Source: an uncultured Tenacibaculum sp. (GTDB lineage: Bacteria > Bacteroidota > Bacteroidia > Flavobacteriales > Flavobacteriaceae). From it: a stretch of 64,000 nt of DNA. Location: contig CAZCHR010000001.1 of NCBI GenBank assembly GCA_964498665.1, forward strand, positions 1,106-65,105, in the 5' to 3' direction. Below the pieces are notes generated by a model. The model saw only the letters and a program-made list of their open reading frames with translations, ran no database searches and was not told where the DNA came from. Every line of letters starts with the position of its first letter. The stretch's first letter is position 1. Below, one piece after another: positions 60,642-64,000 of this stretch. A program made the translations under genes and the position numbers.

Positions 60642-60989
60642 TTATTTAATTGCTATTTTATTTTCTTCTTTCCATGTTTGTACACTTGCTACAGTATTGT
60701 TTGCATAATCAATTTCTCTTAACCCATCTTTTTGCCAAACAAACCATTTACCAACTTTATTTCCTGCTTCATAATGTGCTATAGCCGTTTTATTACCCTC
60801 AGCATCAAAAGAAGTCCAAGTTCCTGTTAACTTTTTATTTTTAAAAAAACCTTGTTCTTTTACTTTACCATCTTTATAAAAATAAGTAGCTTTTACTAAA
60901 TCTCCAGCCTTCTCAAATTTAGGTTCAATATCTTGAGCTTGTAATAATGAAATTGATAAAATACAAGCAAATACAATTAATTTTTTCAT
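60642..60989 (-). CDS. Exported MORN-variant repeat (YwqK-like) protein
   Basis: Signal peptide; YKDGKVKEQGFFKNKKLTGTW, YEAGNKVGKW. Confidence 0.8.
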   Translation of the reverse strand: MKKLIVFACILSISLLQAQDIEPKFEKAGDLVKATYFYKDGKVKEQGFFKNKKLTGTWTSFDAEGNKTAIAHYEAGNKVGKWFVWQKDGLREIDYANNTVASVQTWKEENKIAIK

Positions 60990-61049
60990 CTTTAATGTTT
61001 TATAGTTAACACTTACATTACAAATATACATATAATTTTACAAACAAGC

Positions 61050-61077
61050 AACATTTACATAACATTAAGTTAACATT
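61050..61077. promoter_or_regulatory. Three AACATT direct repeats at 11-bp spacing (response-regulator-type boxes)
   Basis: AACATT at 61050, 61061 and 61072. Confidence 0.6.
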
Positions 61078-61161
61078 GGTTTTTTGTTATGATTTTTTTC
61101 ATCTAAAAAACATAACAAAAAAGCTTATATTTACGAGGTATTAATCTTAAAAAAAATTATT

Positions 61162-61362
61162 ATGGCAGTAATGAAAGTAATTGAAGTATTATCTAACTCA
61201 GACAAAAGTTGGGAAGACGCAACAAAGAAAGCAATAAAACAAGCTTCAAAATCTGTTAAAAACATTAAATCTGTATTTGTACAATCTCAAAGCGCAGTTG
61301 TAGATGGTGATGATGTTACAGAATTTAGAGTAAACTTAAAGATAACTTTTGAAGTAAAGTAA
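61162..61362 (+). CDS. Dodecin family protein
   Basis: KVIEV...SWEDA...ASKSV...FRVNLKITF, 66 aa. Confidence 0.9.
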   Translation: MAVMKVIEVLSNSDKSWEDATKKAIKQASKSVKNIKSVFVQSQSAVVDGDDVTEFRVNLKITFEVK

Positions 61363-61394
61363 TCTTAATCAAGATAAAAAATAACTAAACTACT

Positions 61395-61429
61395 ATTAGC
61401 GGTTTTGATTTCATTTCAAAACCGCTAAT
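61395..61429 (+). terminator. Hairpin after dodecin gene
   Basis: ATTAGCGGTTTTGA-loop-TCAAAACCGCTAAT. Confidence 0.7.
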
Positions 61430-61445
61430 TATTTATAAAAATTAC

Positions 61446-61811
61446 ATGAATATTTTACAATATATTTTAATAGGATTAGTAGCTCTAATTCATATTTACA
61501 TCGTTATTTTAGAAATGGTTTTATGGACTAAACCTAAAGGAATAAAAACATTTGGTTTAAAATCTAAAGAATTTGCTGAAGACTCTAAAGTTCTAGCAGC
61601 AAATCAAGGATTATATAATGGCTTTTTAGCTGCTGGTTTAATTTGGTCTATGTTATCACAAAAAACAGATGTTGCAATCTTTTTCCTAATCTGTGTGACT
61701 TTAGCTGGTTTTTACGGGTCTTACTCAGCAAAGAAGATAAGAATTCTTTACATTCAAGCTATACCAGCGATTATAGCATTAATTATAACCTTATTAAAAA
61801 TTTACAACTAA
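61446..61811 (+). CDS. DUF1304 membrane protein
   Basis: HIYIVILEM, ANQGLYNGFLAAG, QAIPA. Confidence 0.88.
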   Translation: MNILQYILIGLVALIHIYIVILEMVLWTKPKGIKTFGLKSKEFAEDSKVLAANQGLYNGFLAAGLIWSMLSQKTDVAIFFLICVTLAGFYGSYSAKKIRILYIQAIPAIIALIITLLKIYN

Positions 61812-61813
61812 AA

Positions 61814-62626
61814 ATGGATTTCGAAAAAATTATTGACACTATTACCACCTATGGTACTGAATATGGATTAAAAATAATAGCAGCTATTGTTATATGGATT
61901 GTTGGATCTTGGATCATAAAAAAAGTAATGAAAGTTACAAGTAATCTTATGATGAAGAGAAAATATGATGAGAGTTTACAAAAATTTTTACTTAACCTTA
62001 TTAATTGGATTTTTAAGATATTATTAATTATCGTTATTTTATCAAAACTTGGTGTAGAGACTACTTCTTTTGCTGCAATTATAGCTGCTGCTGGTCTTGC
62101 TATTGGTATGGCACTACAAGGATCTTTAGCAAATTTTGCCGGAGGTGTTCTTATGATGATATTTAAACCTATAAAAATTGGCGATTTAATTAAAGCGCAA
62201 GGAGAAGTTGGAGTTGTTAAAGAAATTGAAATTTTCACTACAAAAATTACAACTCCAGACAACAAATTAGTTATTATACCTAATGGTATCTTATCTAATG
62301 GAAATATTACCAATTTTACCGCAGAGGGTAAGTTACGTGTTGATTTAACTTTTGGAGTAGGATATGATTCAGATATAAAACAAACAAAAGAGATTTTACT
62401 AAAAGTTTTAACTGACAACAAGAAAGTATTGCAAGATCCTGCGCCTTCTGTAAACGTATCAGAATTAGCAGATAGTTCAGTAAACTTTGCTGTTAGACCA
62501 TGGGCGAATACAGCTGATTATTGGGATGTTTATTTTGAAACTACAGAAAATGTTAAATTAGCATTAGACAAAGCTGGTATCGAAATACCTTATCCGCATT
62601 CAGTTGAAATTCAAAAAGAAGGTTAA
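61814..62626 (+). CDS. mscS: Small-conductance mechanosensitive channel
   Basis: AAGLAIGMALQGSLANFAGG, IGD, IIPN, IEIPYP; start at ATG 61814. Confidence 0.93.
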   Translation: MDFEKIIDTITTYGTEYGLKIIAAIVIWIVGSWIIKKVMKVTSNLMMKRKYDESLQKFLLNLINWIFKILLIIVILSKLGVETTSFAAIIAAAGLAIGMALQGSLANFAGGVLMMIFKPIKIGDLIKAQGEVGVVKEIEIFTTKITTPDNKLVIIPNGILSNGNITNFTAEGKLRVDLTFGVGYDSDIKQTKEILLKVLTDNKKVLQDPAPSVNVSELADSSVNFAVRPWANTADYWDVYFETTENVKLALDKAGIEIPYPHSVEIQKEG

Positions 62627-63300
62627 ACTTTCTTTTTTTGAGGTATAACAACAAAATCTTTTAAATAAAAAGGTTCAAAATAAGCGACATCTTCGATGTC
62701 GTTTTTTTTGTACTTATTATAACTTAAAGTCGCCATTTCTTTTGAAGATGGAAATTTTGCATCTATAAAAACTGCGTTTTCATTTGTTAAAACTTCTTTA
62801 CATTTTTCCGCTCCATCACCTAAAAAGTAAACCTCACCTTTTTGCAATTCTTCTTTAAAGGAATTTTCATCTATTATTTCAGCTCTAATTTCTCTTAACT
62901 GAGAATAATCTGAGTTATAAACAGCTGAATACACTTCCATTCTACGAGCATCTATCATCGGCACAATTAATCCATCTTCTATTGAAATAGAATGAGATAA
63001 AGAAGATAATGTCTCAATAGATATTAATGGCTTATCAAAAGCAAAACATAAACCTTTAGCTGCTGAAACTCCTATTCGTAAACCTGTATAAGAACCTGGG
63101 CCTTTACTTACAGCTACAGCATCTATTTCTGTTACATTAATATTTGTTTCATCTAAAATTTCTTGAATAAATGGATGTAGTTTTTCAGCATGCGAATAAT
63201 TACCATCATTTAATTCTCTAATTGCTAAAATCTCTCCATTTTTAGCTAAACTAACTGAACAATTTTTTGTTGCAGTTTCAATATTTAAGATAGTTACCAA
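62623..63300 (-). CDS. tsaB: tRNA threonylcarbamoyladenosine biosynthesis protein TsaB
   Basis: ILNIETAT, GPGSYTGLRIG, DARRMEVY, EPFYLK. Confidence 0.95.
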   Translation of the reverse strand: MVTILNIETATKNCSVSLAKNGEILAIRELNDGNYSHAEKLHPFIQEILDETNINVTEIDAVAVSKGPGSYTGLRIGVSAAKGLCFAFDKPLISIETLSSLSHSISIEDGLIVPMIDARRMEVYSAVYNSDYSQLREIRAEIIDENSFKEELQKGEVYFLGDGAEKCKEVLTNENAVFIDAKFPSSKEMATLSYNKYKKNDIEDVAYFEPFYLKDFVVIPQKKKV

Positions 63301-63340
63301 ACTAAAATTATTTTATGTGATGCAAAGATACATTATATAG

Positions 63341-63373
63341 AAAAACCCCGTTACATAAAATATAACGAGGTTT
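63341..63373 (-). terminator. Probable terminator after TolC gene
   Basis: Imperfect stem AAACCCCGTTA...TAACGAGGTTT with U-tract on the minus strand. Confidence 0.6.
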
Positions 63374-63395
63374 AACAACAATAAAAATCTTACCA

Positions 63396-64000
63396 TTAAT
63401 CTAATATATTCTCTCCATAATAAAACTTCAACACTTTAGTTGTAAAAACGTAATTATATTTAGCTCTAATCATTGCTCCTTCTGCGTTTACCAAACGATT
63501 GCGAACTTGATCGAAATCAAATTGCGTCATAGAACCATAGTCGTAACTAGCTTGTGCATTTTTAAAGGATTCTTTTTGAGCTTCTAAAGAAATTTGCGCA
63601 GCTTCATATGCTTTTGCTGCTGCTTTAGAATCTTGAAATGCTTGTTCTATTGTTTGTTTTAACTGTAACTTTTGATTTTCTAATCTGGTTTCTGTAATTA
63701 GTTTATTAATTTTTGAACGCTCTACATTTGCGTCCGTTTTAAAACCGTTAAAAATTGGAATATTAATATTTAAACCCAATCCATAACCTAAAGTCTCATC
63801 TAACTGATCAAAAAAACCTTTATTAGAAATTCCTGTTGGCAAATCTAAATTGTAATTATAATTAGAGCCTATATTACCTGATGCAGATATAGAAGGCATA
63901 TAAGCAGATTTTGCTATTTTAATTGATAATTCAGAATTTTCTATATTTAGTTTAGCTCTTTTTATTTCTGGTCTATCTGCTAACGCTTTATTATAAACCT
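63396..64000 (-). CDS. TolC family outer-membrane efflux protein, 5'-truncated by window edge
   Basis: RPEIK...AKSAYMPSI, LNINIPIFNG, KYNYVF...LKFY; frame continues to the window end. Confidence 0.88.
   Translation of the reverse strand, partial: VYNKALADRPEIKRAKLNIENSELSIKIAKSAYMPSISASGNIGSNYNYNLDLPTGISNKGFFDQLDETLGYGLGLNINIPIFNGFKTDANVERSKINKLITETRLENQKLQLKQTIEQAFQDSKAAAKAYEAAQISLEAQKESFKNAQASYDYGSMTQFDFDQVRNRLVNAEGAMIRAKYNYVFTTKVLKFYYGENILD

Noticed and set aside
60642-60989. YwqK-like antitoxin implying a TA system
   Set aside because: It has a signal peptide and no adjacent toxin; the similarity reflects generic MORN-variant repeats
61643-61813. N-terminal extension of MscS in the ORF track (similar extensions for rsmG, tadA, the LpxH-like gene, ssb and ogt)
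   Set aside because: The extensions overlap neighbouring genes or promoters; downstream starts fit the family N-termini better
1839-62421. Many short ORFs antisense to or overlapping confident genes (e.g. 1839-2030, 3069-3446, 11267-12046, 31838-33427, 42246-42554, 61849-62421)
   Set aside because: They show no motifs and are largely or wholly explained as shadow frames of well-supported CDSs
1-64000. tRNA, rRNA, CRISPR array or riboswitch
   Set aside because: Intergenic gaps are short and AT-rich, and none shows a cloverleaf, spaced repeats or a recognisable aptamer; an Infernal/Rfam scan would be needed to exclude small ncRNAs

Overview
AT-rich chromosomal window from a marine-type Flavobacteriaceae, most likely Tenacibaculum/Polaribacter-like. 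This is inferred from gene content, TAnnTTTG promoters, a T9SS plug gene and a T9SS C-terminal domain. Most of it is core genome: pruA, rsmG, tatD, the moxR/batA-E operon, metG, tex, the pyk-rnc-fabF-acpP cluster, purN, rnhA and tsaB. I saw no tRNA, rRNA, CRISPR array, transposase or integrase. Best leads: (1) a coupled ABC-type ATPase plus PD-(D/E)xK-like gene pair between metG and tex, a candidate anti-phage or toxin-antitoxin module whose partner I cannot assign to a named system; (2) a four-helix-bundle gene inside the bat operon, bracketed by mutually inverted 8-bp-period arrays; (3) a DUF1800-DUF1501 pair in which DUF1501 carries both a Tat motif and a T9SS C-terminal domain; (4) a PPP-ending candidate leader peptide upstream of a SulP-SulP-carbonic anhydrase cluster. 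Smaller items are a frameshifted SDR gene, a CGTC-type palindromic repeat, duplicated ArsR-like operators, an ECF-type promoter and a perfect 50-bp palindrome. All family calls come from motif recognition by eye; no database searches were run.
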